Shown: piece after piece, positions 12,411 to 25,240 of the stretch | Numbering within the stretch: the first letter of the stretch is position 1 | Layout: the number at the start of each line of letters is the position of its first letter | NCBI GenBank assembly: GCA_051362555.1 | Contig: CM120643.1 | Location: forward strand, 12,188,644-12,252,643 | DNA length: 64,000 nucleotides | Direction: 5' to 3' | From: Lingula anatina | Taxonomy: Eukaryota; Animalia; Brachiopoda | The notes under the pieces: model-generated | Told to the model about the DNA's origin: nothing | Databases searched by the model: none | The model's input: only the letters and a program-made list of their open reading frames with translations | Made by a program: the position numbers and the translations under genes

Positions 12411-13850
12411 TCAAAATTTATTGTAACGACCACAAACTCCCGCAGGTCCTCAGGATATCATAACCTTATCATCATCATCATCATCATCACGTCCCAGCAC
12501 CACACTACCTCTGCTTGGTAACTCCCCTTTCCTTTTTCTTGAAAAGCTCACATACTTGTACAAGTAACCTTCACCAACACATACCTTTACGTATTACCTG
12601 TTGCTTGGTTGAATATTGCCCCTTTTGCATCAACTGCTGGCAACAAAGAAGAATTTTGATTCGGAGTGTAACTGCTACCCAGTCACGAACTAGAATCTAC
12701 CAGTGCCAATTGCAAACTGGCAAAATTCACCAAGGACGCCACCATATATATTTGCCTACCCCTCTTCCTCTTTAACCAAGAGGTTTCTCTGATAATAGGC
12801 AACCCTTTTGACGCAGCATATTGTTGTCAGAAAATTTTCTGTGCAATTTTAGCCCGCTGCCTTCACAATTCTGCACACAAAAACATTAAAAGGGTAATTA
12901 AAATAACATCTGTAATCCCAGACATAATGGCTTGGTATTTTGCAAAAAAAAAAATATATATATATATGGCAGAGTATGACGAAATGTATATCTAAACCGA
13001 GGGCTACATATGCTGGAAATTTTTAATAGATTAAAACACAAGGGAATTGCTGAGCATATGTTTTAAGACATCATGCTTTCATAGCTTGATAATTTACCAA
13101 GGGGAGGGGGGGTGGGGTTCCAACTCCATCTTATCAATGCAAATACTACCAATTTTGTCTAGGTTAAATACTTTTTGTTTCTTGGTTATAATTCTGATAT
13201 CATCAATATTAAAAAATAGATGTAACTGTTTTGAATTCATTTCAATCCGATCATCAACAAAACTGGTGAAACTAACCTGCTGCAGATGTTTAATTATGGT
13301 GCGTGTACCCTCACATCCAACCGGATTGTCTCCAATCAATCATCGATACCTCATGCAGAAGAACAAAAATTGGCAAGTGTTATATGTCAGTGATGCCCTC
13401 CTATATTGTTCCGCCTAGTAAGACACTGCATCTTCCTCAATGTGACGCTGTGGTTGACCACCGAGTACAGATATATCAATCCCTCGTGTTCTCAACATGT
13501 CAACAGAGGAATGTGCAGCTTTGAGGATAATTGGGCAACCAAATAGACACTTCTAATTAGGACTGCTATTCTTAGTATCCGTATTGAGCGTTTGGATAAA
13601 ACAAGATCACTTGGTGCCTTCTGATCAAATATTTATTGTGGCATCATCTAATATTTGTTGCCAAATTTATATGTGCCACCTCCAATGGCCGACCATGAAC
13701 ACAGATAGGGAAGTCAATAGTGTCCTCCATATGGGGTCAGTGCGCAATTACTGAAACTTCTTCTGAACACAAAAATCTGGTATTTTTCTTTGAACTAAAT
13801 AGAGGTATCATTTGAACCCATGAAGGTGAAATTCTGGCTTCATCAAGTTA
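12411..13850 (-). pseudogene. Decayed two-exon gene, putative ParB/sulfiredoxin-like domain protein, probably mobile-element derived
   Basis: Exon remnants at about 13850-13277 and 12870-12411 are joined by a GTTAGT...TTTTTGTGTGCAG intron (13276-12871, phase 1). The frame runs across the junction: ...GYTHHN*TSAA|EL*RQRAKIAQKIF*QQYAASKGLPIIRETSWLKRKRG... Upstream reads ...DMLRTRGIDISVLGG/NHSVTLRK. About 10 stops, mostly TGA, and several frameshifts. Family call is from motif recall only. Confidence 0.6.
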
Positions 13851-15931
13851 CAGGTTTGAGTTAAATTGATTTAAATTATTATTGCATTTAATTAATTAGT
13901 GAAGTTCATAATAACATAATGACAATGAAATATCTGTTGAGTCTATTTAACATTTCTTGAAAACAGTTATTTTCTTCAGTATATATTTTTCATTCATTTT
14001 ATAACCAACACTATTTTGTTATATTCATTAAGCACACTATTTTATTTTTGTACAATGAAATGTGAGTTACACATTTTCATTTCTAATTTGATCATTTCCA
14101 ACATGCTGTACAAAATATTTGCCAAGCTCAATATCTATGGAAGTTGTGGCACAAATGTCAGCTATCCTGCAAGATAGTAAATGTATTCTTTTTTTTTAAA
14201 TTTAAAAGCGAAATCTTAATTAGCATTCTGTTCTGGTACTACACAATTAGGACAAAAAACATGGTGTTGCACTTATCATTTTTCATTTTAAGCACTGTAA
14301 AAATTGAGAAGTTGCAAAACACCTCAAACATGAATTACAACTGCAGCTTTGGGTTGCAGCTGATATCATTTAATAAAGCCAAACAAACCCCCTTTCAGCT
14401 TTCAAAGCACATATTGATACACGGGTGTCCAACAGTCACCTGAACCGACCCCTCCATTGAACCCAATTTCACCCTGAGGCAAGTCCACCTGGGCCAAAAT
14501 AATCATGCGTGAAACTGCTTCATTCCCTGTTCCATTCATTGCACCCAAGAGCAAAGAAATAGGCACTGAATTCAAAACCCATGTCCTTAATAATAATAAT
14601 AATTAAAATGGAAATTACAACAATGGAAGTTCACGCGATTATTTACTGTTAAGAAGACTGCGTGACTATATATAAATAATTGGCACGTCAGGTAGCCATT
14701 TTTTCCCTGCGGGCACTGACTTTGTCGATGAACCGCGCCGAATAATGACAAAGCTTTTAGTGTGAGATACTGGGAGGCAAATACTGAATAGAAGGTAGTG
14801 GTTGATGAAGCAGAACTGAGTCAAATCAATTCTCACATATCATTAACCTCTCCACCACACTAGGATATATATAATTGGCTACAAATTCCGGGATAAAAAT
14901 GGTGGTAAAGCACCTGACCACAGAAAAAAATCGATAGTTTCAAGTAAATAATTTTCTTACTAAACTAATTCAGGCCACTTATTTGATTTGAAACATTGTA
15001 AATTATGTGAATTGTAAATTTCTATTTCTTAAGACTTTTTTAAAATAATATTTTTTCATAAATAATATATATATATAATGTTAAAATGTCTTATCTAGGA
15101 CAAAAAATATCATTGAAAACTATCTAGTAATTGCCATTATTTTTTTACACCTGCGTGTTCTATACCTCTAGAACAGAAAATCAATTTTAAAATAACTCTG
15201 TACAAAGAAACTTACAGTTGCCAGAAGAATGGTCAATTTTCAAACACCACTCCATGTCGAATCCTTCACTCAAAAAGACGTATCATTATCCTTTCATACA
15301 GTGACCATTGCAAATTCCACACAACTGAACAAACACAACCACTTCAGAGCCAGTTGTCCACACAAATTATTATGACCAAATATTAAGACAATGTATCTTC
15401 ATCTTTTAAAGCTAGTAGCAAGACAACTTACAAAATTGACTTGATGGGCAATAGTTGTTGGTCATTTGGTCAACTCATTTTGACAATTCATCATTTGTTG
15501 AGAGAGAGCACAGAAATCCTAAATCACAAGATATACATGGTCAGTTTTTTATGCATTAGATATTTATTTTTGATGTGTGTGTGTGTGTGTACATGTATTT
15601 GTGTAAGTGCATGCATGTATGTTGGAATACATGTGTGACGCGAGTGATGACATATGAGTGTGTGTGCGTGTGTTAGGAAGATAACGAGACAAGACTACCT
15701 ACATCGGAAATATTGCAAAGTTCATCCTAATCATTATTTGAGATAACTTAAGTGATTCATCATAATCTAAAACATTGAATACGATAAGAAACCAACATTG
15801 ATTTATGAGTAGCATTAGACAAAATCTTCAACAAATAATCCACATCAATGTATAATTATTTTTGAGTGACCAGTAATAAAAATGACCTTCAACTTCAGAG
15901 ACACTAATTTTTTTCCCTTTTCCCCCCATTC

Positions 15932-16240
15932 TTTTTCATGCTGGTCACTTAATGATTTTTACCTATCTTATCTTTGAACAAAAATCAAGGCAAAAGGAAC
16001 TGTCACAGCAAGAACCCAGCCAGATGCTCGGTCATTTTTTCCCTCCTTATCACTCTCTGCCTGGCCGCATATTAAAAAACCCCGGTCACCGAGTGCACTG
16101 GTCACCTTCTGATGACCACGCAGTTCTTTTAGTGCAAGGAAATTGACTACGGGTCAAAATTAATTATGTCCTTAATTACATTAATCACCTTTTCTGATGA
16201 CCCAGTAGATGACCAGCGCATTGAATATGGGAAAAAACAT
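15932..16240. repeat. Degenerate palindromic (foldback-like) element
   Basis: GGTCA motifs cluster in the left half and TGACC mostly in the right half. Outer GCTGGTCA / TGACCAGC pair. Boundaries approximate. Confidence 0.3.
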
Positions 16241-17000
16241 GCTATCAGATAATTGAAATATGTGGCGACCATCTTAGGGCTCTAGGGAGTCAGCTATGCC
16301 ATGGCAAGTCAATACTAGAATGAGGGAGGTCAGCATTCATTTTTACTACAGATGAAATGAGAACTTGATATAAGAAAGAGATTTGGTTTTTCATTCTTTC
16401 GTTTCACTATCATCAAATTGCAATACATGTGTTTTATCTTATTACCAAATATTTAATTGGGATTATGAAATGGTTTTATCACTGACAGAAAAAAGAAAGC
16501 TCAAGAAGATAATAAAGCAGTCACTCAGTTAGCCTTTCTAAATCTTGACCTCTGTGTGTGTTCCCTTTGCATTTGAAGTGAAGTGTCCAATGTCCAAATG
16601 TGATAACAATAGAAAATATCATAAAAATTATGATAAAACAAAATTATGAAAGTACACATAATTAACTTATATTTTGCTATTTCAATGTTTTCTTTCTTAG
16701 TTTCAGATAAGTGCACAGTGGCAATGTATAAGGTATGGTGTAAATCTAAACATGATAACCAAGGACGACAAATCTGTGTTAGTTTTGAAAGCTGCATCCG
16801 CTGATATAAGAATAAATCATGATGTTTTTATGACTAAAGATGATGTGGCATTTAAGTCCAGCATATTAAGTGAAAAACTAGATAATGTGGTGACTGAATC
16901 ATTGATAGAATGGATGTGTGAGTTTATGGGAAGCATCTGGACATTATCTTTTTACATCCATTTTATGCAACATATATATCTTTTTACGTCCATTTTAAGC

Positions 17001-17001
<1 letters not shown>

Positions 17002-17046
<45 letters not shown>

Positions 17047-17106
17047 ACGGCAAAGCCCCCCCCCCCCCCCTCTTTCTCTCTCTCTCCCTGTCTCTTTCTC
17101 TCTCTC
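17002..17106. repeat. Compound (CA)n / poly-C / (CT)n microsatellite
   Basis: Directly visible. Confidence 0.9.
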
Positions 17107-18695
17107 ACTCAGTTCTCTAGTTTCTAACAAATTAGTCATGGTGTACACAGCATTTCTAAAAAGCAGCGGTTTAAAAACGCACAATCCTGGCATGCATCTT
17201 CGACTAAGCAACAAAAAAACGGGTATATTAATTGCACTCAAGAGCACTTGAAATGCACAGATCAAGTAAACTGGAATACAATGACTTCTTGCACAGCATG
17301 TATGTACTGTTTTCAAATCTTTCTCAATCCATGTCCTACTTACCCTCTATCACATAAAAGTATCTTCTTGGAGAATATCTATCAAACGCAGACTCCATTT
17401 TTTAAATCTATAAAACCAACATTCATGCGTAGATATATTTTCTTCAATTTTTTTCATCCAAAATTCACTGTATATACTTTGTTTCCAAGGTATAATATAT
17501 ACCGCATTCCCACCACCTGTTATGTGTAGTAGAAACCTTATCTGAGATTAAATGACCTTAAAACTCTTTTCAAGCCTTGCCATAATATGCCTGGATTTTT
17601 TAAAAACCTGGTATATTATGCACAAAGAGGTGTACTTGAGTGTGAGTGTATTCACTGGCGCTAAACTAGTGCTAAAAGGCCAATGGAACGCAAATAAAAA
17701 ACAACAACAACACAAATACTGCATTCAGATCAGTGTCACCCGTGTCGTCCCCTGAATGCAGCGTAGTACGCAGTACTCTGGTCGTACAAACACAATGGCC
17801 ATGGTAGTACACTGCAGACAATGGGGGGGAAATGACCTTCCTTAACTTACTGAAGTCCCTGCCAAAATCTGTTTCTTTTCACATAACATCCAACTCGATG
17901 AACTGCAAAAATGCTCTTTATTATGAGGGGTAAAGCCATTCCCTCTCAGTCCCTGTATGACTCAATGTTGGGTAACTGCTTTGTCCTCCAAAATGCAAAC
18001 AGTTATACCCTATTCCTTACAGTTGATTATGCCCTATCAATAAGTATCATGCAAAAATTGATAATCCAAACAAGTGATAAAAGCTGCCCAAATTACAAAG
18101 TAAACAGAAGGGTTCCCGGGCTCAGAAAGATATCTTTTTAACTGGTCTTAAACAGCTGGAGCCGGGGACTTGTACATTGTTCGCAGCCCTGGGGGCTCAT
18201 TAGGTGCAAAATGCTTGATCTGACTGTGATTTCTTCCAATGAAAAATAGGCGTATTAATAGTCTCATTTTTGCTATAAGCATGTACGCTGAATGTGTTAT
18301 AATAACATCTTTTTCCATCTTCTTTATTATCACGTGCAGTGTCTGTTGAACTTTTATGATCCTTATTATTTACAGGTGTTGCAAACATTTTCAGGAATTT
18401 TTTTTTTACTTTCTTGTTCAAAAGGCAGAACATACTGTCAGCTTCATTCTCGTCTCTGTTCATCAAGTAAATATGTCACTTGCTTTCTGTATGTGCAAAA
18501 CAATCTTTGTGTATTTCAGCCTTTAATTTGAAAAAAATCTACCTTTAGAACATTGTATTTTTAGAGGTATTACATATTTTCAATTGGGACTATAATATAA
18601 CTTCTTTCTACATGATATGAACTGAAATTTGGTAGAAGGAATGAGTCAAACAGGATTTTGGGTCAATAAATGTGCCGTAGCACTCGCCAGCACAG

Positions 18696-18805
18696 ACATG
18701 CTATAAAATCTCTCTGCCACCACCCGCACACACATGCTGTAGAATCCATCTGCCACTGCCCGCACACATGCTATAGAGTCTCTCTGCTGTCCTCAACACA
18801 TGCTA
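18696..18805. repeat. About 36-bp tandem repeat, 3 diverged copies
   Basis: Units of the form ACATGCTRTARARTC.(C/A)TCTGC...CACAC. Confidence 0.8.
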
Positions 18806-19006
18806 ATTTAAACTAAGTCTACAAAATTGGCCAAATTTCTGAAAATATGTATTAAGCAACCATCAACTGTGATCTATTCAAATGCTCTGATGATCTTAGC
18901 AAAATTAACTTGTCTGAATATTTCAATTAGTTACTGTCATTATCACCATTTTTTTCCATTCAAAATTCAAACTTAGTTTCAGTTGTAAAAAAAAAAAGGG
19001 GGGGGA

Positions 19007-19110
<104 letters not shown>

Positions 19111-19920
19111 CAAAGGCTGATTTTGTTAGGAAGTAAAAGCCGCCATAGCTTCATAAAACTGATGACATTTTAAAATAATATAACATCAATCCACGTTGCA
19201 GTGGCATTGGCAGAAAAACCATATATATATATATATATATATCTGCCAAGCATAGGATACAGTGCACTTCCAGAAATTTTTGTGACAGTCCAATAAATTA
19301 TAAATTATAAAGTTCTGGTGCTTCATAAAACCAAGTTTTGAACTTTTGATTTCATCAAAGTTTCTATAAAAATTCTATCAACAAATTTCAATCAGATAAA
19401 TCAAAATACAATTGTAGATCTAGACTAAGAGGAATAATGTAGACCTTGCTAAATCTACAATGTAGAATTGGAAAAATATGTATGCAAGTCATGTATAGAT
19501 TCTTCACTTTGTAACTTTGAATTCATTTTCATTCATTACAAAGGTAACAAACTCACAACACCTCACACAATGTAGCATCACTTCATCTTGTAAGACTGGG
19601 ACTAAAATATATTCCTCAGATAGCCACCTGTATGACAGATTTCACGCCAAATCTGTTCAGCAATGAAATATTATATAAGACAATGAATTATAAATAAAAC
19701 AATACATCTACACAATTCTGAAAGAAATAGAAATACCATACAATACATGTGTATAACAATAGGTATTATATGCAGTCATTTTTTACCACAGTAAGAAAAG
19801 GTCACATAATACATAAGAATACATTAAAACATGCGCAAGCCCATACACATATATTATATACCATCTTTAATTGATACATTACACAATTTTTACAAAATAA
19901 AAATAAAATTGACAAGCTTA

Positions 19921-19987
<67 letters not shown>

Positions 19988-19988
19988 A
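19921..19988. repeat. (TAAA)n microsatellite
   Basis: Directly visible. Confidence 0.95.
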
Positions 19989-20119
19989 AGACGTCACTTT
20001 AATTTGACAAAGCGCATGCAGTTCTGGTTAGGGATAACACACTTCAAGAGTTTTATTCTTTTAATAATGTGAATTCTAATACAGAAGTCAGAAAATATAC
20101 TGGCAACAAATTAACTCAC

Positions 20120-20164
20120 CTTCTGTTTGGTTTTTCTGATTATGACCCTGTCCTTTGATTAAAT
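20120..20164 (-). CDS. Candidate 45-nt symmetric (phase 1-1) internal exon, (D)LIKGQGHNQKNQTE
   Basis: Acceptor TTTTGTTTTTTATAG| and donor AAG|GTGAGT. Only one of three frames is open and the length is a multiple of 3. Product not recognised. Confidence 0.45.
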
Positions 20165-21415
20165 CTATAAAAAACAAAAAATAAAAACATTAAGAACATT
20201 AAAACCCTACAAGATACCTTTATTGGTATTGTCAAGTATTTTTACTGATACTAAACAGTTAAAAATTCTAATTTCTTCAATACATAATTATATGTTCAAT
20301 AAAATTAATTAAAAACATATATGTATATTCCATGGGCTCTTAATACAAGGTGGTTAGTAATATGAAAGATCAATCTAAACAAATAGTTCAAATTCAGCAA
20401 ATATATTTCACAGTGTTCACAATTTCAAATAAATAAAACTATTTAGGTATACAAAGGCTGTGTATATTAAACAGATATCCATTTTCCAACACACACAAAA
20501 GCTATTCTTCTCTTCAAGGAAAGTAACATTCTCTTCGATACTTGTAACAATCTTCCCTCCGGCAGAGGGTTCTTCTTATCAGACCATAGTCTCCATGTTA
20601 TCAAAGAAACAACAGATCGGTACATTTGTTTTTTTGTCCAACACGCTGGGAGAAGGTGTCATTGGCCAAAAGTTTATCATGCTTTGGTTTTACAACAACT
20701 ACTTGGCAGATGATATTCTTCTGACCAAGCAGGCGCTATCGCTAAGACCTTTTCTCAGTTCTACTTCCTGTATTTTTTCGTACCCCCACTGAATAAATTC
20801 ACTTCCTTTTCAATTAATACTTTGAGTTTTCTTCCTAATTCTTGTTCTTGGGTTATCGATTGCTGTTATTCTGATATCTAGCACAAACTTCTGTCACTTA
20901 CAAATGAACTATTTTTCAATTTAAAATGATTTCAATTCCTTTTACATCAGTTATGGTTTAAAGTCACTCACCATATTCAACCACTTACATTACTTATCAT
21001 AAAAGTAATTTTATGAAAATAAATAAAAAAAATACCAAAAATAAGGCACGGTCTGCAAATCAAATATTTTTGAATACAATTAGAATTTTTTGTATAAAAC
21101 TATAGTTTAGTGAAGCACATTGTTGCGTAACTATTATCACTTGATGTGATCATTAGAAAAATTACAAGATTAGTTTCTCCATGGAGAAAAAAAAAAAGTT
21201 TCATATTATGAGAAAGGTCAGATGCACTCATTAATACTACGCGGTGTCGATCGATGCATTTATGTCCAAAATAGCTCGCCTGAAAAATGATGGCACTGGC
21301 TTTTTTATATAACAATGCCATACAAAATTGGGCAGATTTCACTTTTAAAAAGTGACTTTTGGGACAGTAATAAGATAACATATCTTACTTTAATTAAGTA
21401 AATTGTCATGTGCTC

Positions 21416-21450
<35 letters not shown>

Positions 21451-22451
21451 CAGAACCATGGGAAATTTTAGCACCATACAAAATATACAATGTCATCTTC
21501 TATTCTGCAGTGATAATAATTAACCGTAGTCAGACCTATCATCATTAACATTCTTAATAAGGAATCATATAGCAATGGATAAGCAATATCTCCAATTATT
21601 ACTTATAACATTTCATAGCTCCAAACTTAATAAAACCAAACTGATTAAAATCTGTTGAAACAAATCCTACATATATATGTATTTATATATATATATGTAT
21701 TAGAAAGACTGATAATAATTATCATGATAATGCAATGATGCTATCTATGAACAAAGCAAATAAAGTAATGAATATGTAGGGATAAAAATGAAAAAATCTG
21801 ACATAATCTAGTGCTTTGATCATTACCTAAGTCTACTGTTCAGTACCGTTCAAGCACTGGGAGCATAGAAGCATTATTGAAATAAGCAACTGTTCTTTGT
21901 ACGGCTATTACTTGAAAATTTCACACACCAAACTTTTTCCATTACAACTTATCATTTTATCATTAGTTAACATTTATCGCTACTCACAAAAATGCATATT
22001 GGGATATGAAACAAACTCATTTGTCAAAACGTCTTAATCAACATTTCTATGTTTTATTGATAATAGGTATTTATGAAGAATATCATCAATTAATTCTGTT
22101 CACAGTTAGTGAGTAATTATCGTATACTAACAAGCTGCTGACACCTCAATCAAAAGAGATGCCACTTATATCATATTGATTGTGAGCCTGTTATCTGAAA
22201 ACTGAAGCCCTTCTTTCACATATTGTATCTCCCCGTAAGGACAAGGGAAGTTCATATAGTGTAAAACTGCAGAGGCGTTATCTGTGGATCAAACTGCAAT
22301 CATCAATTAATTTCCTGTAATTTGTTTACTATATCTGACTATCTCTCCCCCCCTCTCTCCATCAAACACTCTTCAACCCCTTTTCTAATTCACTCTCTCC
22401 TTTACTCTCTCTCTCATACACTTATCCCTTTTCTAATTCTTTCTTTCCTAT

Positions 22452-22452
<1 letters not shown>

Positions 22453-22502
<50 letters not shown>
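22453..22502. repeat. (CT)n microsatellite
   Basis: Directly visible. Confidence 0.95.
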
Positions 22503-22506
<4 letters not shown>

Positions 22507-23772
22507 CCCCCCTCCCCCCCCCACCCACCCTTCAATCTCTTTCTCATATCTCATCCACTACAACTAATAACGGGCCAGTCTCTAATCAATCATATACCGT
22601 AGTATTGATCAGCAGTAGTGCACCAGCAGTCAGGAAAAAAATTACTCAATGGCCATGGCCCCGAGGTCAAACCGTGATGGCCGCTGGGCAGACCTATGCT
22701 AATGTGCTATCTCTGAGATAAGTTGCTCCTGGGAGGTTGCTCGGTGCAATTTTTACATGGTCCAATTTTCTCACGCTACAATTCCCTTTTCGGGTGGAAG
22801 AAAAAACTTTTTCTAAAAAGTTTTTGCAAAATCAAATCTTTTAGCAGCATCAATAAATATATGGTTTATTTATGTCTTCTTCTGTTTCATGGTTAACTAT
22901 TATTTCATTCTTTCTTTTTTCTTATTTTGAACTTTCAACATTAATGAATACCTTGATAATTTTTTTCCATTTATTACATAACATCTTTTTTTCCAATATT
23001 AAGGCCCATGCAAGCAAACCTTGAAGTAGACTTCAAATGCATACTAAGAGAAGGGAAAGAGGGTCATTACAACATCCATAATTTCACTTGTTTTACCCAG
23101 CAAATATATTCAAAACACCAGCCAAGAACAAGAGTTACTAACTGATATTACCAGAAAACCCCCTTTCTTAAAATTCGCTAGTCTATGTCTATCTATTTGG
23201 CTGCCTTTATAGGTATTTATTTCTGGTCTTAGATAGGGAAAAAAAATGGCTCTAACACTGGGTGCTATCTGATTGTCACCTACAAATTTGACCTGAGATG
23301 AGACAATCCAGACAGGTGCTTGGTCACTGCATGCTTTTATTGTTTTTATTTACACTTTTTGTATGATGCAATTATAACCCAATACTGCCTTATGTCATAA
23401 TCAAACAGTTTTTAAAAAAACCAAATACTCCAGATAAAATTCATATTCACATATATATTTTTTTCCACTCATCAATTCAAATCATTGTAGGCATGGCCTT
23501 TGCATTCTAGCAGGGCTTGTCATGAATACTATAATATTACTTATCAATGAACCCTTGATCCAATAGTTCATCATGGGGCCCTGGAATGAGAATATTAAAT
23601 ACTAAAACCTCTTGGGGACTCTCTCCGGCTCAGACCTTCACTGCACCTAATATCCTCTTTGACTAGCGCTAATCCAAATTAGCACCGAATGAATGAAATA
23701 GCAATACTCTCACATTTTCCATTGATTGTCTTTTATCACTCCCCCCGCCAATAACTGACTGATATGTGTAGC

Positions 23773-23774
<2 letters not shown>

Positions 23775-23826
<52 letters not shown>
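23775..23826. repeat. (GA)n microsatellite
   Basis: Directly visible. Confidence 0.95.
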
Positions 23827-23829
<3 letters not shown>

Positions 23830-25025
23830 GGGGCCGGGGTGGGAGGGGGGGAGGTGAGGGGAAAATTAATATATTGCATGACTTGGAGATCCTTTCACCA
23901 CAGTTTTGGTCATCATAATATCTGTGTCACTTGTCTAACTGGTGCAATGACATGTGGCCGGTAATACACTGAAAGAGAGGGGAAAAAATCCAAAAGGAAC
24001 AAAAAAAATACAAAGGTCAATCCCAGTTATCTTGGACCTCGCATTTTATCAATGAATTATCGATAACCTTTATTGATCTATCACAACTATGAGTTGGGGT
24101 GTGTTCTGAACATTGATTCCTGATACAAAGCCTCTCTTGGTGTCAGCGGTGACAACACATCTGGTGTCACAGGGTGCAGGAAATAGTGCAGTCACCCCAA
24201 CTGAGCTGGTACGTCAGAGGTCTTCATATTACTACAGCTAGGCTATCAAAAACGAAATCCCCATGAGAAGATTAATTTGTTGGAATACAATTGAAAATGA
24301 TATGATATGATATGATAAATCAAAATATATTTATTTTATGTCTAAATTCCATAAAATGTCCAGTAGACTTGACAACATATAAAATTTATAAATTTGTTTA
24401 GATAAACATGATTATAGAGACATATATCTACAGAAACTGGTACAAATTGTATACATGAAACCTTCCAAATAGAAAAAAATACTACAATAAATGCATATGC
24501 CAAGCAGTGCATATTTCAAGTTTAAAAGATTTAAATAAATTGAAGCAAACACAGACTCAATAAAAGGTCTGGTAAGACTTATATATAACAAATCCAGGTT
24601 TTACTTCATCCACATATTTCTGATAGTATCATAACTTAAGCCCAGCAATATGTCACCTGATTTACTAACTTACCCTTACCATCAACTCTAACAGCTACTA
24701 GTAGGCACCTGGCCATACAAAGTTTAATTATCTGGTGATGTCACTTAAGCTGAGACCAGTCAGGGTTTAAGAGTATCTTAGGTCCTTTTCACAATAAGAT
24801 GTATACTTATGGGATACAATCAGTACATGTTAAGCTACAGAGGGTTTCACTCCCTTTCACAAATGAACCACAAGTTCACTTTCTGGTGTTTTGTTAATTC
24901 AAGTTAATAATTAAACCATGCCTTACACACGTTGTCAATCTCTCAAAGTGCACTGAACTGCTGAAGTATACTGCTCCAAGTAAAAAAGCAAAAAGGGCCC
25001 TTATACACCTGAAAGTAATGGAACT

Positions 25026-25240
25026 GCTAAGCTGAAGAGTGGTACCCCAGCTGGTCTGAAGCACGGTACCCTTGGCTAAGCTGAATAGTAGTACCCCAGG
25101 ATAAAATGAAGAGTGGTACAACTGGATAAGCTGAAGAGTGGTACCCTGGGTTTACCTGAAGAGTGGTGCCTCTGGCTAAGCTGAAGGGTGGCCCCCTTGC
25201 TTGGCTGAAGAATGCATGGTACCCTTGGCTGAACTTAAGA
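25026..25240. repeat. About 25-bp minisatellite, about 8 diverged copies
   Basis: Consensus about GCTAAGCTGAAGAGTGGTACCCYWG, repeated head to tail. Confidence 0.85.

Noticed and set aside
13094-13339. ORF-track protein MIGDNPVGCEG... (81 aa)
   Set aside because: It is an off-frame reading of the pseudogene exon that runs into the intron. The junction-compatible frame is different.
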